The notes under the pieces were generated by a model. The model was not told the DNA's origin. It searched no databases and was given only the letters and a program-made list of their open reading frames with translations. Source: Marsupella aquatica (taxonomy: Eukaryota > Plantae > Marchantiophyta). Taken from it: a DNA stretch of 64,000 bases. Within the stretch, counting starts at the first letter, position 1. Each line of letters starts with the position of its first letter. The translations under genes were made by a program, and so were the position numbers. The stretch covers positions 5,985,708 through 6,049,707 of the forward strand of contig OZ316891.1 in the NCBI GenBank assembly GCA_973895155.1, written 5' to 3'. Of this stretch, positions 1 to 12,600 are shown piece by piece.

Positions 1-3000
1 GTAGAAAGTGAAGCACACATGAATCACCATGTTGGACACGGTGCTCTAGTTTCTATGAGAGTTTTGGGCGTATAACTTGATGATTATGAGTCTTTGAAAT
101 GTTTTAAATTTGCACCTACAAGGCAACTAGAGAAGAAGGAAACCTTAAAAAACATAGGTGCCAAATACTTCATATTAACACAATGAAAATTAATCTAACT
201 AATAGAATTTATCTCTCTTCATTCTATAATGTATAACTCAATCAAAATGACCTAAAATTAAATGTCACTTTGATGGAAGTGCAGCTTAACTACTTCTCTA
301 GCACATCTCAAAACTAAAAAATATTTGAAATTACTAACATCAAGTTATCAAAATTAAACTTAAATTGTGGCCAAGGGGATTTCAAAGACCAACATTGTGG
401 TCCATGGGAGCATAATTTTCAAAATAGGCCCCTTGCTTTTGCATTTTAATTTATTTTGGTAGAATGTGTTGATGTTTTTGCAAAAATTATGTTGTTGGGG
501 AAGGAAAGGGCAAGGGTGTGAGAGGGTGGGAGGGGGCGCCAGACAAGTAATGGCTGTAGGGCGTATGGGGTCAAAGTGCAGTCACACAATGCTATGTGGA
601 GGGAGAACATTCTTATTTTTTCCCTCCCCATTTGCACGTTTTCTTCCCTCCCATGCCACTCCGTCCCTCTCCACTTCTCTTCCTTTCAACATCATTAAGT
701 AAAGAATAGCAAAAATAGGGGAAAATTAGTTTGTAGAACCTGTACTCCTGTCAATCCCGTTTCCTAAAATCAATAGAAATAAGTGTCCATGGAAATATAT
801 ATTTTAAGTGTTGTATTAAAGTTGTGTGCCTGGTTGTGTGTCCTGTTGCGTGAGTCCTACATGACCACCTATGATCATGTGAACAAAGCATTGGGATCAT
901 AGAAGAACTTGAAGATGAAACCATTTAGAACTTGAAGATGAAACCATTTGCATGTTGAGCTCGGCTAATCTGGAAGATGAAATCATTTGGATCTCCATTT
1001 CATGTGGATCCTGGTTCTCCCTAATTCACAAATTGCTTCAACTTTGGCAATCATTGAAGCTAGCAAACCTAACATTGCCAGATTTTGTCAAGTATTGAAG
1101 AGTTCACAAATCATTGAATTGCTCCACACTTCCTTGAACGTCTAGCTATGTTGGCAGCAAAACATGATTTCAAATGTCTCCCTCATCTTTAAATAAAATC
1201 TTTCTAGCTTACAATGCTTTAAAAGAATGATTTAAATGTCTCCCTTGTCTTTCAGTAATTTCAGTAAAACCATTCATGCTCACAACTTTTTAAACGAATG
1301 TCAACAAGTTCTCAATGAGCTTAACATTGTTAGAATTCATGAAATATTGAAGAGATCACTGATTTTGAATAGTTTTGCCCTTCCTTTAAAGTTTAACTAT
1401 GTCATTGACAAAATGTGATTTAGAGTTTCTCACTCATCTCAATGAAAGCTTTAATGTGTGATTAAATACTTATAAATATTTTAGAACCGGCTTTCCAATG
1501 AGCATATCATTGGCAAATTTGATCAAATCCGTTTGGAGATAATGATATGTTTTCAATTTCTCTAGGTTTAGGTTTAGGTGCGAGATGTTATAATGAGGCT
1601 TTCAATTTCTCAAGTTGATCATGAGTTTTTCAATATCTCTAGGTTTCAAGTAAAGTTCACATTGACAAGTTTTGTAATGAGTTTCCAAATTTCCCTAAAT
1701 GCTTCGAGTGAGCTACTAGGCCCTGCAATGTTCTTTCGTGGTTTCAGTGGTCTCATATTAGGCTGAACAAGAAGAGACATTTTTCTGATGGAACCCCTCA
1801 GGATTTGCAAATATAAATCTTACTAACAACAGATGCGGGCAGATCCTGAGTTTTGAGGTGTAAATCAGAAGTTAGGTATATCGTGAAGATGTCTTCACAG
1901 CGGTTCCTCAGTTAAATGTGTCTTAATTAGAACAATAATCCTGAACAGGATTCAAAGCTTCAGATCAGGTTCCTCATTAAGTGTTGTATTAAATAGAACA
2001 ATAATCTGAATGTAATTCACCGCATCACATCGACTTAGTCTGTACTACAGGTATTGAGATTAAGCTGGCCATGAGATGTCTTGAATAGAAAAATAATCCT
2101 GACCAAGATTCAAAGAATCACACTATTTAAATTGCACTCCAAGTTTTAGCTTATGCCCCTGAGACTACAGCTCACCTGGAGTGATCACTCAATGAATTTC
2201 AGGTACATGGATCACGTACTCCAGTGTGCCAGAGTCAGCTTTACTGTAAAGAACAACAGACTACACTATACTCTTCAACATTTGCCTGTCAGATCTTAAT
2301 CTCTAGATGTCAATGAGCTTACAGTGATGGACAAGGACCAGGGAACTTGTGAAGATGCATCCTCTCAAACATACTTCCTAAGCGATGCATCCTCTCAAAC
2401 AAACTTCCTAAGCGATACTTAACAGCGCAGTGGAAGGCGATTGTATTCTTTTTTCACTCATTATTCCTTCTTTGGCAAACTTCGAACTTCACTTTAATTT
2501 GGGAGAGTGTGGATGAGTAAGCTTGTTTTGAGTAACCTAACCACGGTCAGCCTTTGCTAGTGTCTCTTAAAGCTTCCTATATATGACAGATCCTCCAGTT
2601 CTAAGAACTTTCCCACTTCTCCACCTCAGTACCATAGAATGGCAACAGGTAAAAGATCACATTGACAAGACCTTCCACCCATAGGAATTAGCTTCGAAAA
2701 CAGGAAAAATCCTGTTACATTTATCTTCTTCTCTGAGTTAGTTGAGAATGGCACACTGGGATCTAGGGCAGCAGAGAGTTCGCTTTCCTCCGGCAGGTAA
2801 AAGTCAGGAACGTGAAGTGCAACCTTCTGAAAAGAAGAAATTGCTGTGTGCAATGAGTCGTATCAGAGATACACTCGCCTTATCTGTACGTGATTGTCCA
2901 GTCCCAATATGCTACCCACCACTCTACAGTCTCACATTAATTTCTGGAAGCTTGGAACCTTCTCAGTGACAACAATGAAGAAATCGTCCATTTTCATCAA

Positions 3001-4327
3001 AGACAGCTATAAATTTTGAAATCGATGGGGCAACTTCGTTGGCAAAAAACTCTACTTGGGAAAGAACGAACAAAATTTTTTGAACAGCCCAAAATGCTTG
3101 GGAACATCTTGAGAGTAAAACTTTCCATTCCACCGAGGACGTTAGCTGGAGAAGCTGTCCTCCCAGCGAAAAGCACTTGTAGATACTGCATCAGTCATAC
3201 TGATTTGAGATAGCTCCTTCGCTGAGGAGAACATTCACGCCAGCAGGTATCGGTCTTGTGTAAGACATCCTCTATTTCACGCGGTACCCTGTACTCACAA
3301 TGTGGATGAGACATGAGAGGTCAAGAGTAGTTCATGAAGACTTGAAGCCCATCCATGCTCTGCCATGCCACAATCATACACACAATAAAGTAAAACGGAA
3401 GCCCAAACACAATTTCGATTGCTACCGAACTATGTCACTGCTAAGAGGGGACACAAATATCATTGGACCTCCTCGTTCGGAATCCAAAACAAATGGCAGA
3501 CTCTGCAACAACATACCATTCGGGTGTCGAAGCCATATCTTTGTCGTGTGTATGCATTCCAAATTTTGCAGGCCAAAAAGCATCAAAACGCTACATGGTC
3601 GTGAAGGACATTTTTTTGCAAATCAAGATATTGCATTTGCCAATCAGGTACTCACCACTCCTATACTCCAGAATGCTTGCCAGAAGAAGACTCCTTGCAG
3701 CACATCATCCGTAACCTTCACTGGTATGCACGTCTCTAACGATTTCAGAGACGCTCTTGCGATAGTGATTGAGAATGAAATGCTACAACATTCCCCAAGT
3801 ACGTATGGGCGGTTGAAACAGAACAAAGAAGTATCCACATTGGATGTGCAGCATTTGACCAGCGCTTCGCATCACCTTCTTGATGCTGAGCTGATGATTC
3901 CACAAAAGGACTTCAACGCAGAAACCAGCAAGGTCCTGGAGATCGGATGCAGGCAGGAACAATCATGGTTGGCAACCTTTCCCGAGCACTTGACCGTCCG
4001 GAAGTAAACGTCGACGAGCTACTGCAATAGACCTGCAAATATATGCACTGCAATTCACACCCCATGACTCGAGCAATCAAAAGGAAAAAGCTTCAGAATC
4101 AGGTGATTGAATAGGGTTGATTGCCTTGCTTGGTGGAACGCTCAACACTACCCACATTTCTATCAGTGGAGAGAAAATCTGAGCACGCCCTCCTCACACT
4201 CCTTGCAGAAGAATATTGGCACATTATTTGGTATCTAGCAGTTGGATGCATCATGTAACCATTTTTGTTTTCTCAGCAGCTTTTCTTATGATCGAAGTTC
4301 TTTCCATCTTATGATGATCATGTGTGG

Positions 4328-6025
4328 TTATCTCTTGATTCTGGAGGAGAGGACCCCACAGCAAAGGTCATGTCTCGGGGTATTCCATCTTCCATCCCAG
4401 CCTCGCAAATTCGACCCATCTGGCAAGGAAGCCAGCACTTCGCCCGACCTCGCCTTATCAAACGCTTCGAAATCCGCATCGTATAGATGATTCATGAGCA
4501 GCCTGGGGGTTTCGTTTGCAGAGTCCACATGCTGGACTTGACCCCCATCACAACTACGTTCCGAGGGCGAATTCTCATTGACACTGGTCAATCTCTCCCT
4601 CGCCAGAACCTGACCGCCATCAGAAGAGTCCCCCACTCCTCCATCCGGCACCAAAAACGCAGAATTCATCATAGCATCTTTCAGCTCTTGCGATTCGCTG
4701 CCCTCCCTCGCTGACAAAATGGTAGAATTCGCTCGTTCGTACCGAATCAGCTGAAACGCTACCTTGTCAGCTGCCGCTGCCATGCATCTCCCGCACTGTC
4801 TACCTAGCCATATGTACAACTTGTTGGCAAAGTGGATGACGAAAGCACCTCTTGAGTCGAGCGCCGACATGCTGGGATGGGCTACGGCCTTGGGGACTAG
4901 GTGGAGAGGGTCGTAGGGCGAATGGGGAGCCATTCGGAACATTCTAAGAGAGGGAGTTTTGGGAGAGCCGAGAATTCTAGACTGCCAATTCATCAGCTGG
5001 AAGACGAACCCCATATTAGGGGACGTGACTGTCCTCAGCGATTTCACATCCTCGAACACATCCTCGAAAGTCCGGGATTCTCTCCACATCAGGTAAGCGA
5101 TGACGATTGCCGCCGACCGGGAGACCCCTTGACAACAATGCACATACACTCTTCCCCCCTGGTTATTCACATCCTCGAAAAGGTCGAAGCAGTCATAAAG
5201 GACGGAAAAAATGTCCTCGCTGGGGCTGTCCTGGAGCCAGAGGACTCTGTACTCGAAATGGTTGGGGAAGTATTCGGAACACACATAGCCGACACAGTTC
5301 ACGATGTGCGTAATTTTGTTACTCTTCAGCGTGTCGAAGTCCTGAGCCACCAGACTGCTCCCGAAGTATACGTGACTCCGAATGCGGGAGCACTGCTTTT
5401 CACACAACGCCATCTTCTCCCGCTTTTGCGACAACTCCGTGTCGGTCGGTTCTGCCGCGTCATTCTCTTGGAAATTGACCTGCCGCACTGCCACGAGATC
5501 GAGCTTGATATCCATCCCGTTCCGTCCTCTCCCAAATTTTTTGTACCCTTTCCTCTCATCCCCCCCTGCTGTTGCCCCGCCTGGTGCGCCACCTGTTCCT
5601 GATCCTTGACCTTCGCCCAACCCCACCCCACCGCCACCACTACCATCCCCAGTTCTCCGGGAGACCGACAAACTGGACAATGGAGGGCAAAGCAGTTGCG
5701 TCTGTTTAGACACGAAATCGTTCTTGTCACCATTACTATTGACGTTGCTATTGCCGTTGGTACTCTCCGGGGCCGAATCTCCTCCACCTTCACGCTTCGT
5801 ACCAGGATTTTGCTCAGTTGCCATCGAAACCGCTGGCCTCGCGCTCGTAATAGAGGAGGCCACGGCGTTTCCTTCCACTGGATTCCGCTCTCTTGACCTA
5901 GCTGTCCACGAGACAGACCGCCAGTGGTGCCGTGGGGTTGCACACCCCGGGCTGCTCGACGACGACCCCCCTCCATAGAAACCGCTGTCCGATTTGGCAA
6001 TCGGACTTCGCCCCTCTCCCGCCAT
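4328..6025 (-). CDS. MKP1: MAP kinase phosphatase 1-like dual-specificity phosphatase
   Basis: 565-aa ORF with the N-terminal WRSVSW motif, a DSP domain (ITHIVNCVG, WLQDSPSEDI, catalytic VHCCQGVSRS, SPNMGF) and then RMAPHSPYDPLHLVPK plus gelsolin-like LDSRGAFVI...YIWLG, as in plant MKP1. Extra 3' exons could not be excluded. Confidence 0.9.
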   Translation of the reverse strand: MAGEGRSPIAKSDSGFYGGGSSSSSPGCATPRHHWRSVSWTARSRERNPVEGNAVASSITSARPAVSMATEQNPGTKREGGGDSAPESTNGNSNVNSNGDKNDFVSKQTQLLCPPLSSLSVSRRTGDGSGGGGVGLGEGQGSGTGGAPGGATAGGDERKGYKKFGRGRNGMDIKLDLVAVRQVNFQENDAAEPTDTELSQKREKMALCEKQCSRIRSHVYFGSSLVAQDFDTLKSNKITHIVNCVGYVCSEYFPNHFEYRVLWLQDSPSEDIFSVLYDCFDLFEDVNNQGGRVYVHCCQGVSRSAAIVIAYLMWRESRTFEDVFEDVKSLRTVTSPNMGFVFQLMNWQSRILGSPKTPSLRMFRMAPHSPYDPLHLVPKAVAHPSMSALDSRGAFVIHFANKLYIWLGRQCGRCMAAAADKVAFQLIRYERANSTILSAREGSESQELKDAMMNSAFLVPDGGVGDSSDGGQVLARERLTSVNENSPSERSCDGGQVQHVDSANETPRLLMNHLYDADFEAFDKARSGEVLASLPDGSNLRGWDGRWNTPRHDLCCGVLSSRIKR

Positions 6026-8366
6026 CTCCCCCGCCTCCCTTCACCACTACACGTCCTCCCCTTCCCGCGAGGAACCTAATGTGCGCCTCCTGTAATCTCT
6101 CACATCCCTGACCGAAAGAGAGTGGCTTCCAGGGCCGCGTGATCGTCCTCTGTTCCTCCCAATATGCCGAACCTCGATAGATAACCACAATCAATCAACC
6201 ATCACCTACATACACTTCCGTTCTCAGTTCTTTCCAATATGCCGTGCTCCAACAGAAGACCCTGTGTCTCAAATAATCGACTATTACCACTCAATTAACC
6301 CAAGCAATCATCAACCGATGAAGGCCCGCCCTAAACTAACGAGTAAAGATCCAGCCGTCCTCTATAATTCCGTTCAACTATGGTATACCTGTTTGGCCAC
6401 GACTGCATCTTGTCTCATAACGCCATATAACTGCGTTTACCATTCCTCACTCGTAATACCCTAATCACCATCACGTACGCTCCCACAAACGATTGCAACG
6501 CAACGGATGGAATCCGAGTTGTTCTAAAGGATCCGAGATTTCTTCTGTGAACCCCCGACGATTTCCGATGCAACTTCTGCTGCTTGCAATTAATGAACTT
6601 CTCCTCCTGCTGGTGAATCAATCCCCGTCGCCGAGGAAGAGGAGACCTGTCCTTAAGTCTAAAGTTTCGTAAGCTTATTGCTGTTGTTGTTGTTGTCCAA
6701 GCGAGCTAGTCAGGCAATTAGTTGCACTGATCCTCGTCCTCTCCTTCCTCGGTCAAACTCGAGGCGACCAGCGTGTAGGAGCAGCAGCCATGATTCAACG
6801 GTCCCATAACTCCACCACACTCTTGCTCCTGCTCCTGCGCCTGACGCGAATGATCGTCGTTCATGCTCTGAATTCGAATCATCAACCTAAAACTGATTCG
6901 TAATGTCTCTCTCTCCAAAGAGCACGGAAGCTACCGATGACGAAGTTCTCACCGTGATAATAGTCATGATAACAAGCAGCAGCACGATACGGAAAAATGG
7001 CCACACTACTCGTTTTCGTTGAGCCGTCGTCCAGTAACTCCTTCCCGCTCGCAACCACCCCGGCCGTTTCGAGCCTGTCTCGGCCTCGACCTCCTCCGCC
7101 CGCCGACGAGTTCAACGTCCTCCCATCCCGGCGCAACGAAGCACTAGGTAGCAAGAATCGCCATCCGCCATCATCGTCATCAGTCGCCACCATGTGGATT
7201 CCCTCAAGAGCACTCTCCGACTGATACAGCGTATAAGACCAGGTCGGTCGACGATGAACCTCACCTATGTACTCCACAGGCCTATGGGAATGACTAGCGC
7301 GCAAAATGGGAGAACGAGAGCACGAGTACGAGAGGGATCAGCAATGGGAAGAACGGGAGGAGGACGAGCCGCAGGAGGAAGAGGCGAGGTGGCCTCAAGT
7401 GAAGCGAGGGAAATAACGCCAACGACTTATTCCAACTTCTTCCACATCCACTGCTCGCGATCCACCGCTCTCCTCCCTCTTCTGCTGTTCCGTTCTTTCG
7501 GAGCGCCAAAGAGAGAGAGCAGAGGAAGATAAGAGAAGCTTATGAGAACAGACAACGAAGGAGAAGAAAACAACAGCGCCAGAGCATAATGGACGAGAGG
7601 ACACAGAACACTCCTCTTTACTAGGGGGATGCAGGAGGCCGAGAGAGGGAGGGTAGTAGAATCAGTTTCTTCAGCATCATCAGCCGCAGTACAGGTAGTA
7701 GAAACAACCAATCAAAGCACTGTAGTAGTCACCAACAACCCCACCGGTAATTCAGCTTCATACGCCAATACTCCACAAACTTACTACTGCTGAGAAGAAG
7801 CCAAGTCTTTCGTCACACAAAAAAACAATCCTTCATCTCTCCCTCCCTGGCTCCCTCTTCGCCCCGGGCCCGCCGTGCCGCATCAGAGACCCCACAACGA
7901 GCCGAACACTCGAACACAACGGAGAGCGCTTTAGGGATTGCACGAGGAAACAGCCGTGTCACCAATCGCAACTCCAAAAAGCGGAAACACCAGCAAAACA
8001 ATATTCTCGACCTCCTCCTCCTCCTCCACCTCCTCTTCCTCTTCCACTTCCGTCCTCACCGATCACGAAACCATGGAGAAAATTGAGCCCTTCCTTGTGA
8101 CAGGCATCGATTTCTTCGGTCGCCTCGTGCGATCCGTCGAGGGAATCAGCGAACGATGCGACTGCAGACTGGAGCGCGCAGCAATGGAAGGCACGGCATC
8201 ATCGATCCTTCCTCGTTGATTCCTTCCTTCCATGGATCGATCCATCGACCATTGCGTCGTTCATTGAATGCACTAGAGTAGTGTACTGGAATGGTGGTTG
8301 CTGCTGTTTTCCTCGGTATGATGAACAAAGAGCAATTGGAAACGTACAGTACAGTGGAGTCTAGAC

Positions 8367-9642
8367 TAAAAGGAACATCGGGGGACAAACAAAGACTAAA
8401 AGATGTTTATAGATACTTTTTTACAGAAAAATGCCAAAGTACAAAAGAATAAACAAGAAAGGTCCCAAGTGGACAAAACCAAACGCAAAAGAAGTGAGCA
8501 AAAGGAAATCCTAAAAACCAAGAAAGAGAAACTAAAGCTACCGCAAATGGACCGAGGTCCTCATCATACCTAGCAAATGTGGCAACAAGCTAGTGGTCTA
8601 CATCAAGTGTTGAAACTAGATCGGCAAGTGGGACAGGAATGTCCTCTAGGGGGGCTAGCCGCTGCGGAGTCACACTAGCACCCACTGTCAGAGATCGACG
8701 ATAGACGGCCCGAGCTTGAGCACGCTGTAAGGTGACTGAAATGCATTGGCGAAAGTGCATGGTCAAAACAGATAGCGGGGGTCCGGTGGGACCCAACCGG
8801 CCGTGAACATCCCGAGCAGCTTGGCGAAGAAGCCCGTCGAACTGATGATAAAGACGCCCAAATATCTCAAGAGCAAGGGGCAGGAAGCTATCAGATGAAG
8901 CTCGTGCAGCATATTTGGCCTCCTTCGTTGTTGCTGCTCGTGATGCTGCTACCCCTGCCGTTGTTGCCGCTGTCCCAATGATGTCTTGGCGCAATGGGTT
9001 TGCCACCACTACATCTGACAAAGTATGGTGACCTTCACCGACCATGGTAAGATCCACCCGTAACCGCTGTGATGGAGGACTAGGTAACTCGAGCACCACC
9101 TCCCGCCGCGCGCAGACCAAAGAGCCAGAGAGAACCTGAGCAGTCGCATCTCTCACAACGTCGTGAACAAAAATAGTTTCGCCGCCCAAACTGCATCGAA
9201 GAAGATGGACACCTGTGGCATCACAAGGCTTCCCACAAGTGCAAGTAGGAGGTAAACCAACAAGAAGTGGGTGGGGCAAGCCCATACGAAGACGCATGGC
9301 TGTCGCAAACTCCGTTGAAGACATCCGCAGGTGAGGAATGATTGGATTGGCCTGAAGCCAGCCTCCTGCGCCCTTCCCTCCGGAAGAAAGAATCCGAGCT
9401 CGGTCCGTGTCAGGTGCCTCGATGAGGATGCTGGAAAGGGTGAAAGCGTGCATACGCCCAACAAGGTCTGCCTGAAGACGGACGGGGTCCAAGGATAAAA
9501 ACTCCTGGAATGAAGGTAACGTAGCTCGAACAGGATCGGGTAATGATGACCGCGCCGTGCGCAAATGAACCTGAAATGGGAGGGAACCCTCCTCGACCTC
9601 CATGAGAGGCGAAAGTAAAAGGAACACCTGGGGACAAACAAA
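8367..9642 (-). mobile_element. 5'-truncated non-LTR retrotransposon with restriction-like endonuclease (CRE-like)
   Basis: ORF 8590-9627 has end-of-RT 'GAGGWL..P...MS..EF..A.RLRMGLP', zinc knuckle CTCG..CD..GVHLLRC, H..VRD and RLE motifs RVDL...DVVV...KEAKY...FLPLALEIFG. There is no RT core. A T-rich 3' UTR lies at ~8400-8590. Confidence 0.75.
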
Positions 9643-12600
9643 AGAGAAAAAGAAACATCAAAGGACCAACAAAAAGAAAGGACCCATCCCCAAGAGAAGA
9701 TAGTAGGGCGTGTCACAGTGCTTTTATTATCAAGGAAAAAAATTTGCATTGCTATGGGCTACCAAAATTTATACCCATAAGGACTTTTGTGTCCACTACC
9801 CTGTTTCGAATATGGGCTACCAAAATATATACCCAGTAAAGATTTTTGTGTCCATTACACTGTTTCCAGGAAATTCCTGTTGACCCTTCAAAGACCAATG
9901 GAAGAAGATTGAGAACCCCTAATGGGATGTAATATTTGTCTTCACACAGGGTAACATTAGCCACGCCAGCTCCATTGCCCCCCAAGGCACAAACAACGGA
10001 AGTTTATTCTCAGCAGTTAGGAGGTGAAGGCCTACCAGTGCTTCCTTTCTATGCCAGTTTAAGCACATTTGCTATGAGGTGAAGGGGCTTGCAAATGCTC
10101 CAAAGAGATTGTCCACTTTAATTTTTTAATGTAATGTAAGTTGTTTGACTAGTCTTAGCAGATAACAGATTGCACCACAGATACCCATGAAATAATATCT
10201 GCTGCCAAAATGTCACATCCCGTTGTATCCCCTGAAAGCACTCGTGAGAGAGATTCTTCCGTCAAAAAAGAGACACTCATACGGGAATGGAGGCTAGAAT
10301 GGTGGGATTTGTGACGACTTTCAAAGGCTGGTCAAACAACTGTGGACCTTAAAAAATAGATAAAACTCTCACATTCTCACCTGTGTGCATGAGTGTCTCT
10401 GGTTGCTTAAAGAAGCTCGTGGAACTAATATTGGCACCTCCCAAATGTTTTTGGTTTAGTTCTCTTTGCTCATAAAACTAATACTCAAGCCTCCTAGTAG
10501 TGTTTTCTTTTACTAATCTATACTATGAAAATAGACTTATTTGTGATGAAGTCTACATTCACCATTTACTCTCTAGGACAAAGCAATAGGCCATGATTTT
10601 CTAGTAGAATAGAACTAATATTTAGACTATGCCTGTGAATCAAGGCATGGGTACTCTAAAATTGATAGTCTTTACTTGTGAACCCAAGCATGGGGAGTTT
10701 GGCTACAGTGGCCTTACTATGCGTAGCTTGAGTATTCAGGCTAGAGTACATGCAAGAACAATCCTACCAACATTCATACCCGTGATCCATACTCAAGATT
10801 GTATGTGGCGTTGTGATCAACTACAAAGCAGTTTTGGTCTTATATGTGTCCCTACACATAAGGCATCTTCCCGGGCATCTATCTAAAGCCCCATTTCATG
10901 ATATCTCTATCCTCTACCTAGAAAATAATTAAAAAATGAGCTACACTATTTCAAAGGGACTTGGTCAACCATGCTGAGAGCTTCTCCTTGACCAAAACTT
11001 GCCATTGACCCAAAAAGGAAGTACAGTAAAATGACATTGTTTGGAAGACACACCATCGTTCCATCATGTCTCAGTAAAGCATTATTTTGGTTTTTGGCAA
11101 GGTGGCAATAACATCCTTAGTATTGCAGTTGTCTCTTTGTGATCAAAGATATGCTAACAGTTCGATTTTCCTGATAATACGGAGATCCATTAGATCTGAT
11201 TTGATCTGGCCTCACATCCCGCTAGTAGGAAGGGACCTTAGATCAGGTTTTGGCAAATAGGCCTGATTTAATTTTTGTGTCGCTTTTGTTGCGTTTGCCC
11301 CCTCATTTCGATTTAGACTAAATTTGGCACACCAATAAAGGCTCGTCCCCACAGCTTCTATTCTCCGTATGGTGCGTAATATACAAAATTATTAGGCACC
11401 AACTACAGTGCTAGAAACCACCTGCCATGCATCCTTGTGAGTAATTGGACCGCTCTCATGAAGTATTCTGTGGACTTGACACATGGGTGGAATTAGAAAC
11501 TAATAACCTGAAGTCTTGCTTAAGTAATCTGATATGACATAAGCTTGGATAGTATCCCCCTTTTAAACCTTTTGCCCAAGTAGGATTTGCAAGCTAGCAT
11601 AGATCATTGAAATGTGCATTTTTTAATTAGGACATGCATTTATAACCAATAAGTTGGCTTTTATAAAAAGACCTTGTTGTGGTCTTGTCTGAATTCAAAA
11701 GTTTGGATGAAAATTACATCCATGTTTGGAACTCAAACAAATACTAAATACTATCCTAGTGTGTTGAAGTCTAGTTAGTTATGGAAGCAACTAGGTTATA
11801 TTCGAGACTTAACCTAGCGCTCTCGATATGTTAGTACACTTACTGTAGTGCCATCTCAGTTTGTGCAGGGTCCGTGTGAAATATTAATTATTCTTCTTCT
11901 CAAGAAATACTATGGGCCAAGATATTATTCTCTTGTTTTCATTTTTTAATTCCAGAAATAATGTGTACAATGAAAAGTTATGGAGAGAATATTCTAAAAT
12001 TTATGTGACAGAACTCTTTAGAGGTTTCACAAGTATCCCAAAATACGATTTCAGTGGGGGCTCAGAAATTATTATTCATATTTTAATGCAAGCCGGGATA
12101 ATATTCCACTAAATGCAAGGCCTGGTCACTTGTTTTTGGTCAGGACGTAGTCTAAATAGACATATGCATATGATATGGTAAAACCTAAGTGATTGGTTAT
12201 TTTTTATCCCATAATTCTTGTAATGCCCCCTAACCCTGAATAACTAGTTTCTGTGAAGGAGGCAATCTAAATAGCCCTTTTGGATCAGGTATGGTATAGC
12301 ACAAGTGATTGTTCACATTGGTTCTGTCAGTCTTGTAAAGCCCCCCAATTTTGCAAAACTGGTTTTTGTGGATCTGAAATATACATATAGCACTGCCAAA
12401 TGAACAAAAGACACGAAACCTGGAGACTGAATCCCAAAGGCAGCAGACCCTAAAGGGAAAAACCCAAGAAGAACTAAAAGTAAAAAAATACTAGAGCCAA
12501 ATAGCCTCCACAAAATGTAGAGCTTATGACCAAGTCAGCCCTTTCATTTCACCTCAGTCCTCCCACTCAGAATGTAACAAACTATAATTAGAGTACCATG

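Noticed and set aside
900-2420. Short local tandem repeats (~903-950, ~1920-2115, ~2354-2417)
   Set aside because: Ordinary slippage-type duplications in intergenic DNA with no further structure.
3300-4007. 235-aa + strand ORF
   Set aside because: No recognisable motifs; it lies antisense to the probable MKP1 3' region.
4487-6000. Multiple ORFs overlapping MKP1
   Set aside because: Shadow frames of a GC-rich CDS.
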